From: an uncultured Candidatus Sumerlaeota bacterium
Lineage (GTDB): Bacteria > Sumerlaeota > Sumerlaeia > MVZB01
Direction of reading: 5' to 3'
DNA length: 64,000 nucleotides
Assembly: GCA_964473105.1 (NCBI GenBank)
Contig: CAYYNQ010000103.1
Coordinates: forward strand, 17,021-81,020
Numbering within the stretch: position 1 is the first letter of the stretch; every line of letters starts with the position of its first letter. A model generated the notes under the pieces. That model was not told the DNA's origin, did no database searches, and worked only from the letters and a program-made list of their open reading frames with translations. Below are positions 51,891 to 60,601 of this stretch, piece by piece. The position numbers were made by a program, and so were the translations under genes.

Positions 51891-52163
51891 TCATCGCAGT
51901 ATTCGCTTCCTAAGGAGGACCAGATTGATTTCAATATGCGGGTTAACGTTGCTCTTCAGGGACAGGGGAGCGGGTAGGAACATATCCGGTGGGATATCGA
52001 TTCTGTCTCCGCCTTCGACGGCACCAAAATCGAGGATATTATAAAAATCCTTTATTCCAGATTCCGGATGGAAGGGCGTGCTGAGGATCAGCAGGAACGT
52101 CATGGATAGGGTGGCAAGGTATTTAATTCTGATATGCATTAGATTACTGTCATGAGGAGCCAT
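51891..52163 (-). CDS. Hypothetical small secreted protein
   Basis: 90 aa ORF with an internal Met followed by a signal-peptide-like segment (MHIRIKYLATLSMTFLLILSTPF). Confidence 0.3.
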   Translation of the reverse strand: MAPHDSNLMHIRIKYLATLSMTFLLILSTPFHPESGIKDFYNILDFGAVEGGDRIDIPPDMFLPAPLSLKSNVNPHIEINLVLLRKRILR

Positions 52164-52417
52164 CGGTTATGACAGGTATAGACGAACATGTATCGTTCCG
52201 GATGGTGTCACGCAGGGGCGCCTGTCTTAAGATTTTGTGTGCGAACAAAATTATCTGGAATTCCCGCATGATCTGCGAGATCAAAATGGAATCCCAATTT
52301 TCATTTCGATTTTGATATCAGGCACGGATCTTTCATTGGTTACTATGACTTTGTGCCTTTGTATGAAAATCCGATCATTTCGACAACAATCACGACAACG
52401 GGCCGCATGATTCTATT

Positions 52418-54193
52418 TCACCTGGAATCGCCGTAGCGATAATAGAGGTAATCGATCATAAACCGCTGGTAATAGGGCCAGTTGCCCGCACCCCATCCCT
52501 TCTGTCCGACATGGGAACCCTGGAAAGACACCAGTGCAGGATAGGAAAACGCCGCAATCTTGCCGAACATGTCCTTCGAATCGAAGGGTTCGGAAAAAAC
52601 CCACGGGTCCTTCTTGTCGGCCTTGAACCCCACGCGAAGGTTGTACTGGTTCGGGATCTGGATCAGCATATAGAGCGGCCGGGCGGTCATGATTGCCTGA
52701 GTCAGCTCGGGTCCGAACTCGGGCGTGATCCGGATGTTCGGATTGACAAAGCTACCACGTTTGGGATCGAAAGCACCCGAATTACTGTAGGCGATGGCTT
52801 TCCCTGGAATATTTGTGATGCAGGGCTGCCAAGGGTGGTAGGTTCCTTCGGTATCGTAGAGTCCAACATTCCACCAAAGGTTCCAGGGTCGTTCATTGCC
52901 GGGTGGGATAAAACAGAGCTCGATCTCGAACGGGGGTTTGCGATTCCCGATCACGTCCATTTTACCCGGCCCGATCGGGCAGAGTGCCCAGCCACCGTTC
53001 ATGCCGTAGGGTGTCAGGGTCATGTATCCGGGATTGGAGTAGGTTTCACCGAACACATCGCCCTCGATGTAGTATTTCATGTCTGCGAGGAAACCGGGGA
53101 TGTTGAAGTCATCGGAAAGATGCTCGACGTTTTGCGGCCCGGATCCATAGAAGTGCATGTAGTCCACGTAATACTCAAAGCGTTTGTCAGGCACCTGGAC
53201 CTGGAAGGTGTTCTTGAGCCGGTTCAGGATCTCGATCTGTTCAGGTGAGATATCCTTCATGAGCTTGTGGTGTTCACGGAAACTGTCGATCCACATCGGG
53301 GCTTCGTTGACACTCAGTTTTTTTGCAAGCACGTCCGGGATCCAGCGATCGAGGGATATGATCGGCCCGATTTCCCAGACACCGGTGATCGGTCGCGGTG
53401 TGCTAAACTGTCTAAATTGCCATCCCGAGTCGTGGCCTGCCCCGACACCGAGTTCGATGGACTGGTTGCTGGAAAGTCCGATGGTAAAGCGGATGGAATA
53501 CTCGGCGGGACCGCCGAACCGTTTCCAGGTTCCGGAGATTGAATTGGCAAACCCGACCCATGAGTAGTTGAAATCCCAGCGGCCGTTGACCGTCTCGGGG
53601 GCGAGATCACCCCGGCCGTAGATCATGTAGACCTCAGGTGAAAAGTCACGCTGATTCATGTCGGTATGCTTGACGGCCGGCAGGCCCTGGCGGTAGTTCT
53701 CCCCCTGATTTCCCAGGTGGACGACAAACAACTGCAGTTCCTCCGTATCGGGTGGCCGTTTGGAGCGGTCGGTCGGCCAAGTGGAGGGGTCGGAATAGGT
53801 GACGGCCAGGTTTACCCCGAAGGCCCAGTTGATCTGCTCATTGACGAGTCCCTTGACCCCGAGGTAGTTCTGGAGGATTCCCATGTGAAATTTCCAGGGC
53901 AGGGGGTAATCATCGATACGGATCGGTTCCCTGAGGATTCCCTTGATGTCCTGTCCGTTTCCGTTTTCACGGATCGTGAGGTAGCCGGGATTTTCGGTGG
54001 CGGTCATCTCGCGGATGTTGGAATCGGGGGTGAACATCCAGGGGTTGAGGTTGTCACCGTCAATAAAATGCTGATTGAGTTTGCGGATATCCCGGTCGTC
54101 CCGGGCATTTGTTTCGGCCTGCGACAGGATAAGGAGGAACAGGACTACCAAACTCAGGAGTTCGGTTCTTGAATGAAACCAGGGATTATACAT
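52418..54193 (-). CDS. Secreted protein of unrecognised family (family A, copy 2)
   Basis: Paralog of 41380..43263 (roughly half identical by eye, collinear). Signal peptide after the Met at 54193; the ORF is open to 54292. Confidence 0.75.
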   Translation of the reverse strand: MYNPWFHSRTELLSLVVLFLLILSQAETNARDDRDIRKLNQHFIDGDNLNPWMFTPDSNIREMTATENPGYLTIRENGNGQDIKGILREPIRIDDYPLPWKFHMGILQNYLGVKGLVNEQINWAFGVNLAVTYSDPSTWPTDRSKRPPDTEELQLFVVHLGNQGENYRQGLPAVKHTDMNQRDFSPEVYMIYGRGDLAPETVNGRWDFNYSWVGFANSISGTWKRFGGPAEYSIRFTIGLSSNQSIELGVGAGHDSGWQFRQFSTPRPITGVWEIGPIISLDRWIPDVLAKKLSVNEAPMWIDSFREHHKLMKDISPEQIEILNRLKNTFQVQVPDKRFEYYVDYMHFYGSGPQNVEHLSDDFNIPGFLADMKYYIEGDVFGETYSNPGYMTLTPYGMNGGWALCPIGPGKMDVIGNRKPPFEIELCFIPPGNERPWNLWWNVGLYDTEGTYHPWQPCITNIPGKAIAYSNSGAFDPKRGSFVNPNIRITPEFGPELTQAIMTARPLYMLIQIPNQYNLRVGFKADKKDPWVFSEPFDSKDMFGKIAAFSYPALVSFQGSHVGQKGWGAGNWPYYQRFMIDYLYYRYGDSR

Positions 54194-54456
54194 TGGTCGG
54201 GCCTTTCTGGCCTTGATCCGGAAAGACGACTTTTTTTCTAGATGCATCAATGAATTGGGAACGGGGGTACCCCCCCTTATTTTAAAGATCATCTTTACAG
54301 TGTCATGACAAGCAAAATTCTGCGTGAAACGAACCGAAGTATCAACCCGGAAATCATGTTCGTCGAAAAATCATCCGTGGTTAAAATCATTGCGGACTGA
54401 CTGGAAGTACATCAATACATAATCCCATGCATGCCAGGCAGGAAAGCCCGGCCTAG

Positions 54457-54747
54457 ATTTTCGGGGTTGCGCTGATCTCGGCGGTCGGGTCTTTCATTTT
54501 CGGGTTCGAGTATGGTGATCATATCCGGTGTCATCTTGTTCCTGGAGGAGGGATGCGGGCTGTCCGGCCAGACGGTGGCCCACGCCTTTGCGACGACCCG
54601 GGAGAACTTCATCAAGCTCCACGACATTTCGCTGGCAGTTTCTTGATATTCACCGGGATCTCCATGCTGGCCTTCCTTTTCAATTTCAAGATGGTTTCAG
54701 AAACCAAGAAAAAAACACTTGGTAAAATCTCAGCCTTTTGGACTTAA
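54457..54747 (+). pseudogene. Possible 3' remnant of an MFS sugar-porter gene
   Basis: The reading frame ends ...GSFLIFTGISMLAFLFNFKMVSETKKKTLGKISAFWT. This resembles sugar-porter TM12 plus the PETKGK(T/S)LEEI tail. The upstream part is not transporter-like in any frame. Confidence 0.25.
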
Positions 54748-56520
54748 GAGTGCAGGAGGACGGGCACCCGAACCTGAATCATGATTGTTCAGGTCCTGAT
54801 ATGTGTTGATGTCATTCTCATAACGCAAAGCGAGGTCATCCATGTCACCCTTGAGAAAATAGATGCGTTGGTGGGTCAGGCGCGAACCGCCGGCTGGAAT
54901 CGAAGAATCCGGATTACAGTGCAGGCAGGAATATTCACGGTTATTGAACAACCGGTTTGGCGGGCCCGTCAACACCACTGGGCAGACCAGCCATTCCCCG
55001 TCTCGTGAACGGGTTGAGATAAAAGGGCCATTGACAACAGTGGGGTCTCTCCCTGAGGGATCGCTTGAAGGTAGCATGTGGTTTTGGCAGTAGATGCGGT
55101 CGTTGACGTGATGCCAGATTTCCTCCATCGACTTCAAGCCACGATCGGTCGAGATCAAGGTGCGTACACCGTCGTGGTCGCGGAAGTTGGGCGCACCTGC
55201 GAGACTCAGGCACATTTCCTGGGATGTCGAGACCGTGTTCGGTCCGTTGTTTCGGCAGTCGAAGATGATATCGATGCTGTCAAGCCCGGTCTCGACCCGG
55301 AGACGGGCGTGCATTTCCCAATCCTCCTTTTGCGTCGTATATTCGACATGCGTGAAATCAGGGCTGAAATTGAACGTCTGGACTGGGGAATTCCACTGCC
55401 AGTAACACTCAAGCATGACGCCGAATCGGTCATCGGGAAAATATGGTACACGAACCTCAACCATCCACAGTGTCATCTCTCCGCGTATTTCTTCGGGGGT
55501 GAAATCGTCGGGCCATCGTCTTGGATCGCCGGGAGGCGCATCGCGGATTGATTCAACCGAGCGGGTGGGCAGAATACGGATATTTTCCTTGAGATATATT
55601 CCCGGATCGGGAGGCTGCGGCCGATGAGATTCCCGTGATAAGGGCCACGGGGCGCGACGTTGATATGGATCCGTATCGGTTTGGGCCATTGACTTGTTCG
55701 GAAAGTCATCCGGCAGGTCCATCGCGCAACGGAATCCGGAGTAGGGCTGGTTGAATAATTTCGAGGCGAGCATCGACCCGTTGCCACCGGGATGGCCGAT
55801 GTGCAGTGCACTGACAAACTGCCAGGGCCGGGAAAAAATGAAACCTCCGCCCTTGGTGATGATACAGTATTCAAAACCTTCTGCGCGTGCCCCGTCCACG
55901 TATTCAGGCACATTTCCGGCCATGTCCATCACGCCATAGATACTGCGGTCTAGACCGAACGAACCCACGGGTGAGGTTTCAGGATTCATGGGCCGGCCTT
56001 GCAAGTCATCCATCCTGCAGGCGTGCGGGTGCCAGGTGTTGCCCCACGGCCACAAACGTCCATCCGTTCCTCGTGCGGCCTTCTCCCATTCGGCCTCCGT
56101 GGGCAGGCGTTTTCCGGCCCAGTTTGCATAGGCGCCGGCGTCTGCATGATCAATTCCGACGACGGGATGATCGGCCCGTTCTTCGGGGTATTCCGCGATG
56201 ATCCAGTTCAGGGGTAGACGATACCCGGTCGCCTCAGTGAATTCGCGGTACTGTTGGTTGGTGACCTCGAACCGGTCGATCAGGAACGCAGGCAGTTCGA
56301 TTTCTCGAGAGGGGATGTTTGCACACAGGTCCGGGTTGATCTGGTAGGTCTCAGAGAGTTTCTGTATTTGATCACTTGTCAGTCCGGACAGGAATATGCC
56401 CGCAGGAACGAGAACCATGTCTTTGTGTAATGGTGTGTTATGAAATGTACCAGCCGTGAATCCATTCATGGAAATGGCAATAAGGCAGAACACCATGGAT
56501 CGGATGAATATGTTTTCCAT
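54730..56520 (-). CDS. Secreted FGE/SUMF1-fold domain protein lacking the catalytic Cys pair, with a C-terminal ~330 aa domain of unknown function (family B, copy 1)
   Basis: Signal peptide. FGE-sulfatase domain (RLPTEAEWEKAARGTDGRLWPWGN...GFRCAMD) with no Cys at the FGE active-site positions. The C-terminal domain is shared with 56840..58537 (NFRDHDG.RT, LFNN.EYSC.H.NP, QRIYF..GD...LA.RY). Confidence 0.8.
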   Translation of the reverse strand: MENIFIRSMVFCLIAISMNGFTAGTFHNTPLHKDMVLVPAGIFLSGLTSDQIQKLSETYQINPDLCANIPSREIELPAFLIDRFEVTNQQYREFTEATGYRLPLNWIIAEYPEERADHPVVGIDHADAGAYANWAGKRLPTEAEWEKAARGTDGRLWPWGNTWHPHACRMDDLQGRPMNPETSPVGSFGLDRSIYGVMDMAGNVPEYVDGARAEGFEYCIITKGGGFIFSRPWQFVSALHIGHPGGNGSMLASKLFNQPYSGFRCAMDLPDDFPNKSMAQTDTDPYQRRAPWPLSRESHRPQPPDPGIYLKENIRILPTRSVESIRDAPPGDPRRWPDDFTPEEIRGEMTLWMVEVRVPYFPDDRFGVMLECYWQWNSPVQTFNFSPDFTHVEYTTQKEDWEMHARLRVETGLDSIDIIFDCRNNGPNTVSTSQEMCLSLAGAPNFRDHDGVRTLISTDRGLKSMEEIWHHVNDRIYCQNHMLPSSDPSGRDPTVVNGPFISTRSRDGEWLVCPVVLTGPPNRLFNNREYSCLHCNPDSSIPAGGSRLTHQRIYFLKGDMDDLALRYENDINTYQDLNNHDSGSGARPPALLSPKG

Positions 56521-56839
56521 TCACGCCTGTTACACGAGAATACTGAAATAATCAACATTATCCTGTATCCAAATAAATCGGGATACGGCCTTGTTCCCTT
56601 GCTGTGAAGGGATTGCGGGTTGATGTCCAGAATTCTGCGGGCATTCCGGCATGTCATATATCATGTCGGTTCGTTTGCCAGAATCCTGATATCAATTTTG
56701 GATAGGGTATATGATGAAGTGACGTCAGCCCTGTTCTTGGAAGTTCCAATCACAGTCACAAAGCAATGAAAATATGTGCAAATCTGTTCCTTATGGGTTA
56801 CAAGGATCATCAAGCTCAAGAAGGTATCGGAGGCGAAGC
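56521..56839. promoter_or_regulatory. Shared divergent promoter region between the two family-B genes
   Basis: Non-coding stretch between the divergent paralogs. Contains a perfect 8-bp palindrome TGACGTCA at 56720..56727 and a GGAGG RBS before 56840. Confidence 0.4.
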
Positions 56840-58537
56840 ATGCAGCATGCGAAGACAGGGTTACTATTCATTCTTGTTCTGGCTTCATTCATGCCCTTTC
56901 ATGTGATGTCGAGGCCACCCTTGCCTGCGACCGATGGAATGGTTCTGGTCCCGGCGGGAAAATATACGATGGGCACCTCGAAAAAACAGCAGCTGAAATT
57001 TTCGGAACAGTATCGCATTCATCCCGATATCTTTGAGATTCGGCCGCGCCGCGAAGTAATTGTTGCCGCCTTCTATATTGACGAGCATGAAGTCACGATA
57101 GGGGAATATCGGGATTTTATGGAGGCAACCGGTCATCGTGTGCCGATCATCTGGCTGGAACACGGGTTGCCCCGGGGAATGGATGAGCACGCCGTTACCG
57201 GGGTGGATTACGAGGATGCGGAGACCTATGCGCAATGGGCCGGAAAACGCCTGCCCACTGATGTTGAATGGGAGAAGGCTGCACGAGGTGCCGACGGCAG
57301 AATCTTTCCATGGGGCAATCACTGGGAACCCGGGGCATGTAATGCTGATAGCGGGGGAACGGATGCGATGATCACACATCCGGCGGTGGTCGGTTCGCAT
57401 CCGCGTGATCGAAGTGTCTATGGTGTTTATGATATGGCCGGGAACGTGATGGAATGGGTGGGGTATGCAACCCCCCCGGGTCTGGTACGTGGTGGTAGTT
57501 TTGCGCAGGCCGCACCTTGGCAGTTCAGTTGTTCTGCACGCGTGATCCACCCCACCAACCACGGAGGACTGGGATACATCGGATTCCGATGTGCAATGGA
57601 CGCCGGTCGGGTCACCCGGACTACCTCGCGCCTGCCGACCAGACCCGGGATCAAAAAAACTCCCGATCCGGGTTCAGTCTCAAACAAGGTCCGCAGACCC
57701 GATGCAACGTTGATCGGTTCAGAGTCGATCCGGATCTTTCCTGTATACGAACTGGACCCGGACAGGAAAAGTTACCAGAATGCAATGTTCCATTATATTG
57801 GAGATCTGCGTGAGGAGAAACTGACTACAGAGGAAATGGTACCCTGGCGATTCGAGGCACAGATCCCCTACATGCCAGATGACCGTTTCGCATTTTTCTT
57901 TGAGGGACAGTATGAGCGTCCAATGGAGGGGTTATGGTTCAGCGATGATTTTACGGAGGCGAAAGTCCGGACTGATTCCACAGGCATTGAGTCCCGGGTC
58001 TCCATCAGGTGCGGCAGGGATTTCATCGATATCGAGCTCAGTGCGATCAATCATACCGACAGCGATTACCACACGACCATGGAGATTTGCTTTCAACCCT
58101 TGTGGGCGCCCAATTTTCGGGACCACGATGGTTTGCGCACATACATGCTGACCGATGAGGGCTTCAGGAGTACAAGCCAGATCGAGCACCGGGTGATGGA
58201 GCGGTTTTGGTGCCAACAGTACCTTGTCGAGAAGCCTCTAGGCGGGGGCTATGAGGGTACGCCCGGATTAAATGGGTCGATGGTTGCAGTCGTATCACGC
58301 GATCACCGGTGGGCGATCTCGCCGGCAGCCATTTCCAGTCGGCCTTACAGACTATTCAACAACTGGGAATATTCATGTATCCATAGCAATCCGATTTCGG
58401 GTGTTAAAGGTGGAGAGAGCAGACAGTCGAGACAGAGGATATATTTCCATCATGGTGATTTGAAGTCGCTGGCGGAACGTTATGCCGGTGATGCGGAGTT
58501 TGACGTGAAATATCTCCAACATGCCGAACACCCATGA
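56840..58537 (+). CDS. Secreted FGE/SUMF1-fold domain protein with the same unknown C-terminal domain (family B, copy 2)
   Basis: RLPTDVEWEKAARGADGRIFPWGN...GFRCAMD and the shared C-terminal domain. Start at MQHAKT after the GGAGG; the ORF is open from 56774. Confidence 0.8.
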   Translation: MQHAKTGLLFILVLASFMPFHVMSRPPLPATDGMVLVPAGKYTMGTSKKQQLKFSEQYRIHPDIFEIRPRREVIVAAFYIDEHEVTIGEYRDFMEATGHRVPIIWLEHGLPRGMDEHAVTGVDYEDAETYAQWAGKRLPTDVEWEKAARGADGRIFPWGNHWEPGACNADSGGTDAMITHPAVVGSHPRDRSVYGVYDMAGNVMEWVGYATPPGLVRGGSFAQAAPWQFSCSARVIHPTNHGGLGYIGFRCAMDAGRVTRTTSRLPTRPGIKKTPDPGSVSNKVRRPDATLIGSESIRIFPVYELDPDRKSYQNAMFHYIGDLREEKLTTEEMVPWRFEAQIPYMPDDRFAFFFEGQYERPMEGLWFSDDFTEAKVRTDSTGIESRVSIRCGRDFIDIELSAINHTDSDYHTTMEICFQPLWAPNFRDHDGLRTYMLTDEGFRSTSQIEHRVMERFWCQQYLVEKPLGGGYEGTPGLNGSMVAVVSRDHRWAISPAAISSRPYRLFNNWEYSCIHSNPISGVKGGESRQSRQRIYFHHGDLKSLAERYAGDAEFDVKYLQHAEHP

Positions 58538-58597
58538 CTCAAACTGCAACCCCGGTTGCAATGAAAAGGCAAAAAAACAGGTTACGGGTTTGCGTAG

Positions 58598-58786
58598 TTA
58601 CGGCTTTGGTTGGGGCGGCATCGGAATGGGAGTATAGACCGGATTGACCACGTGCGGTGGCACGGGTGGAACCACGGCCTCGAGGGTGGGTTTGCCATAG
58701 GTCTTGCCCTTCATTCTCTGCTTCCCGATCACGACTGCCGTTAGGAGGAGTGCTATGACCAAGATTATTTTCCCTTTATTACCCAT
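58598..58786 (-). CDS. Small single-pass membrane protein with a Pro-rich tail
   Basis: 62 aa with a hydrophobic helix (IILVIALLLTAVVI) and PPVPP repeats. Lies last in a co-directional three-gene run. Confidence 0.4.
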   Translation of the reverse strand: MGNKGKIILVIALLLTAVVIGKQRMKGKTYGKPTLEAVVPPVPPHVVNPVYTPIPMPPQPKP

Positions 58787-58878
58787 CTTTTGGGTTCTCC
58801 CTCAACAGTGAATTTTTCCAAACATGCCGGTGATTGCCTGAGTTTAATTTCGGTTATTCCGCTGAAATTGGCAAGCGT

Positions 58879-59370
58879 TTAATGTTGCGAAACCGACTCC
58901 ATATCCACGAGGACAACATGCATATTGGGCATGGGTGGAAATGTCTGAATGGAAGTGATGCTGGAAATGGTTCCAGTGAAAGTAACGGTCAGGCCTGGTC
59001 TGAGCATGCCCGATTCACGCGGTTTTAGGTTGAATTCCACGTTTGGGGTGCGGTGATTATCCATCGCAACATGGACGGTTCCGTCCATGTTGATTTCGAT
59101 GAGTCTTCCGGTCCATAACACCTTGGTTCCCCTGAGGCTGTTTGAATATTGTTCAAGTCTTTTGGTGGTGTACATGTTGGGTGTTTGGTCGTAAATATCG
59201 GTGTAGGTTAGGCCAGATATCTGCGTATCTGGACTGTCGGATCGTGCAACGTGTTGCGTTGGAGATCCGCATGCTAGGAGAATTAGTGAACAAAGCAGGG
59301 GTTCAGCCAGCTTATATCCAAGGGCTTTCCGGATGGGCAAAATAGTTTTGGGTCGGGCGGCGCGAATCAC
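58879..59370 (-). CDS. Hypothetical lipoprotein
   Basis: Lipobox LILLACGS. 163 aa. Begins 5 bp after the upstream hydrolase stop. Confidence 0.6.
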   Translation of the reverse strand: MIRAARPKTILPIRKALGYKLAEPLLCSLILLACGSPTQHVARSDSPDTQISGLTYTDIYDQTPNMYTTKRLEQYSNSLRGTKVLWTGRLIEINMDGTVHVAMDNHRTPNVEFNLKPRESGMLRPGLTVTFTGTISSITSIQTFPPMPNMHVVLVDMESVSQH

Positions 59371-59375
59371 GTTGT

Positions 59376-60368
59376 TTATTTCACGAGAAAACGGACTGTC
59401 TTGTCGGAAGTGTAGAATATGTTTCCGCCATGGCCGTGACCGATAAGGGTTTCTAGTTCCATGTCGCCACCCAGTTTGCGGTAACGTTGGAGGAGCTCAA
59501 TGGAGTTTTCCCTGATCGGTATTCCCGCATCGCTGTTACCGTGGACATGTAGGATCCTGACCCCAGCATCGGCGAGGGGCTTGAGGTTTTCAATCGGATT
59601 GAATTCCTTCAGGCGTTTATGCAGTTCTTCGGGTGTCATCATGAACCCCAGACGTGTGTGTGTGATTCGCCCGGTTCCACAGACCTTGTCCAGTCCAGGC
59701 CAGCTCCGCATGTCGGTTGCGGGAAAGATTCCCATGATTCTGTCCACCGCATGAGGATGGCGCCAAGCCCAGGCATAGGCCGTGAGACCTCCGCTGCTTT
59801 GGGCCAGAAATCTCGTGCGAGGATTCATTTTATGTTTGCGGACCAGAGTCCGGTAGAACTCCTGATAAACATCAACCCCCTGTTGGCTTCCACAGGTGAT
59901 GGCCACGTCGATTCCGGCAACATGAAATCCCCGTGCAAGAAATTCCTCGACATAATAACGATGCATAACAACGCTTTGGCCCTTTTCATCGGGCCGCATC
60001 ATGGCAGTGCCCACCTCGCCCTTCGGGCGGCTTTCGACGGCAAGCCACGATGGGACAATCCAGATCCACCTCCGTTCCGTATCGACCGGGCCGTTGGGCC
60101 GAATGAGGAACCCCTTCCAGTCGTCAATGAGGATATTCATGAGTTTCCCGTTCCGATACGTCAGGTCGTGTTGACTGAGGTCGGAGAGCCCACCGTAATG
60201 TCTGATCACGTCAACATCAGTCATCTGGCGTGGGCCTAAGTCTGCATCTGTTATCCTGCCGGGAATCCATGATCCACATGCGGTTATAAGCGGGATTATC
60301 AGCAGGGTGGTGATGCCATGCCGGAAAAAAAATGAGGTTGGGATGTTTTTTCTGTGACGGGGTATCAT
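59376..60368 (-). CDS. Alpha/beta-hydrolase lipoprotein (esterase/lipase-like)
   Basis: Lipobox ITACGS, nucleophile elbow AQSSGG, and a C-terminal HGNSD...GHGHGG region. Confidence 0.65.
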   Translation of the reverse strand: MIPRHRKNIPTSFFFRHGITTLLIIPLITACGSWIPGRITDADLGPRQMTDVDVIRHYGGLSDLSQHDLTYRNGKLMNILIDDWKGFLIRPNGPVDTERRWIWIVPSWLAVESRPKGEVGTAMMRPDEKGQSVVMHRYYVEEFLARGFHVAGIDVAITCGSQQGVDVYQEFYRTLVRKHKMNPRTRFLAQSSGGLTAYAWAWRHPHAVDRIMGIFPATDMRSWPGLDKVCGTGRITHTRLGFMMTPEELHKRLKEFNPIENLKPLADAGVRILHVHGNSDAGIPIRENSIELLQRYRKLGGDMELETLIGHGHGGNIFYTSDKTVRFLVK

Positions 60369-60601
60369 GTTCGACTTATGCTTTCCGAGGTCGTTTGTTG
60401 TGATGTGTGATACAGATTGTCATGGAATCATGGGGAGCATGTCTCATGGCTTCTATCTTTATGCCGATTGCGTCCTGTAGTGTCAACAGACCGGTTACAT
60501 GCGGGGTTTGAAGCCGCATTCATCATGATTCCTGTTGCGAGGGGAATTGTGAACGGGATACTCTCGCGAGTTCAAGAGTGGGTGTCTGTCAGGAGTGGAA
60601 T

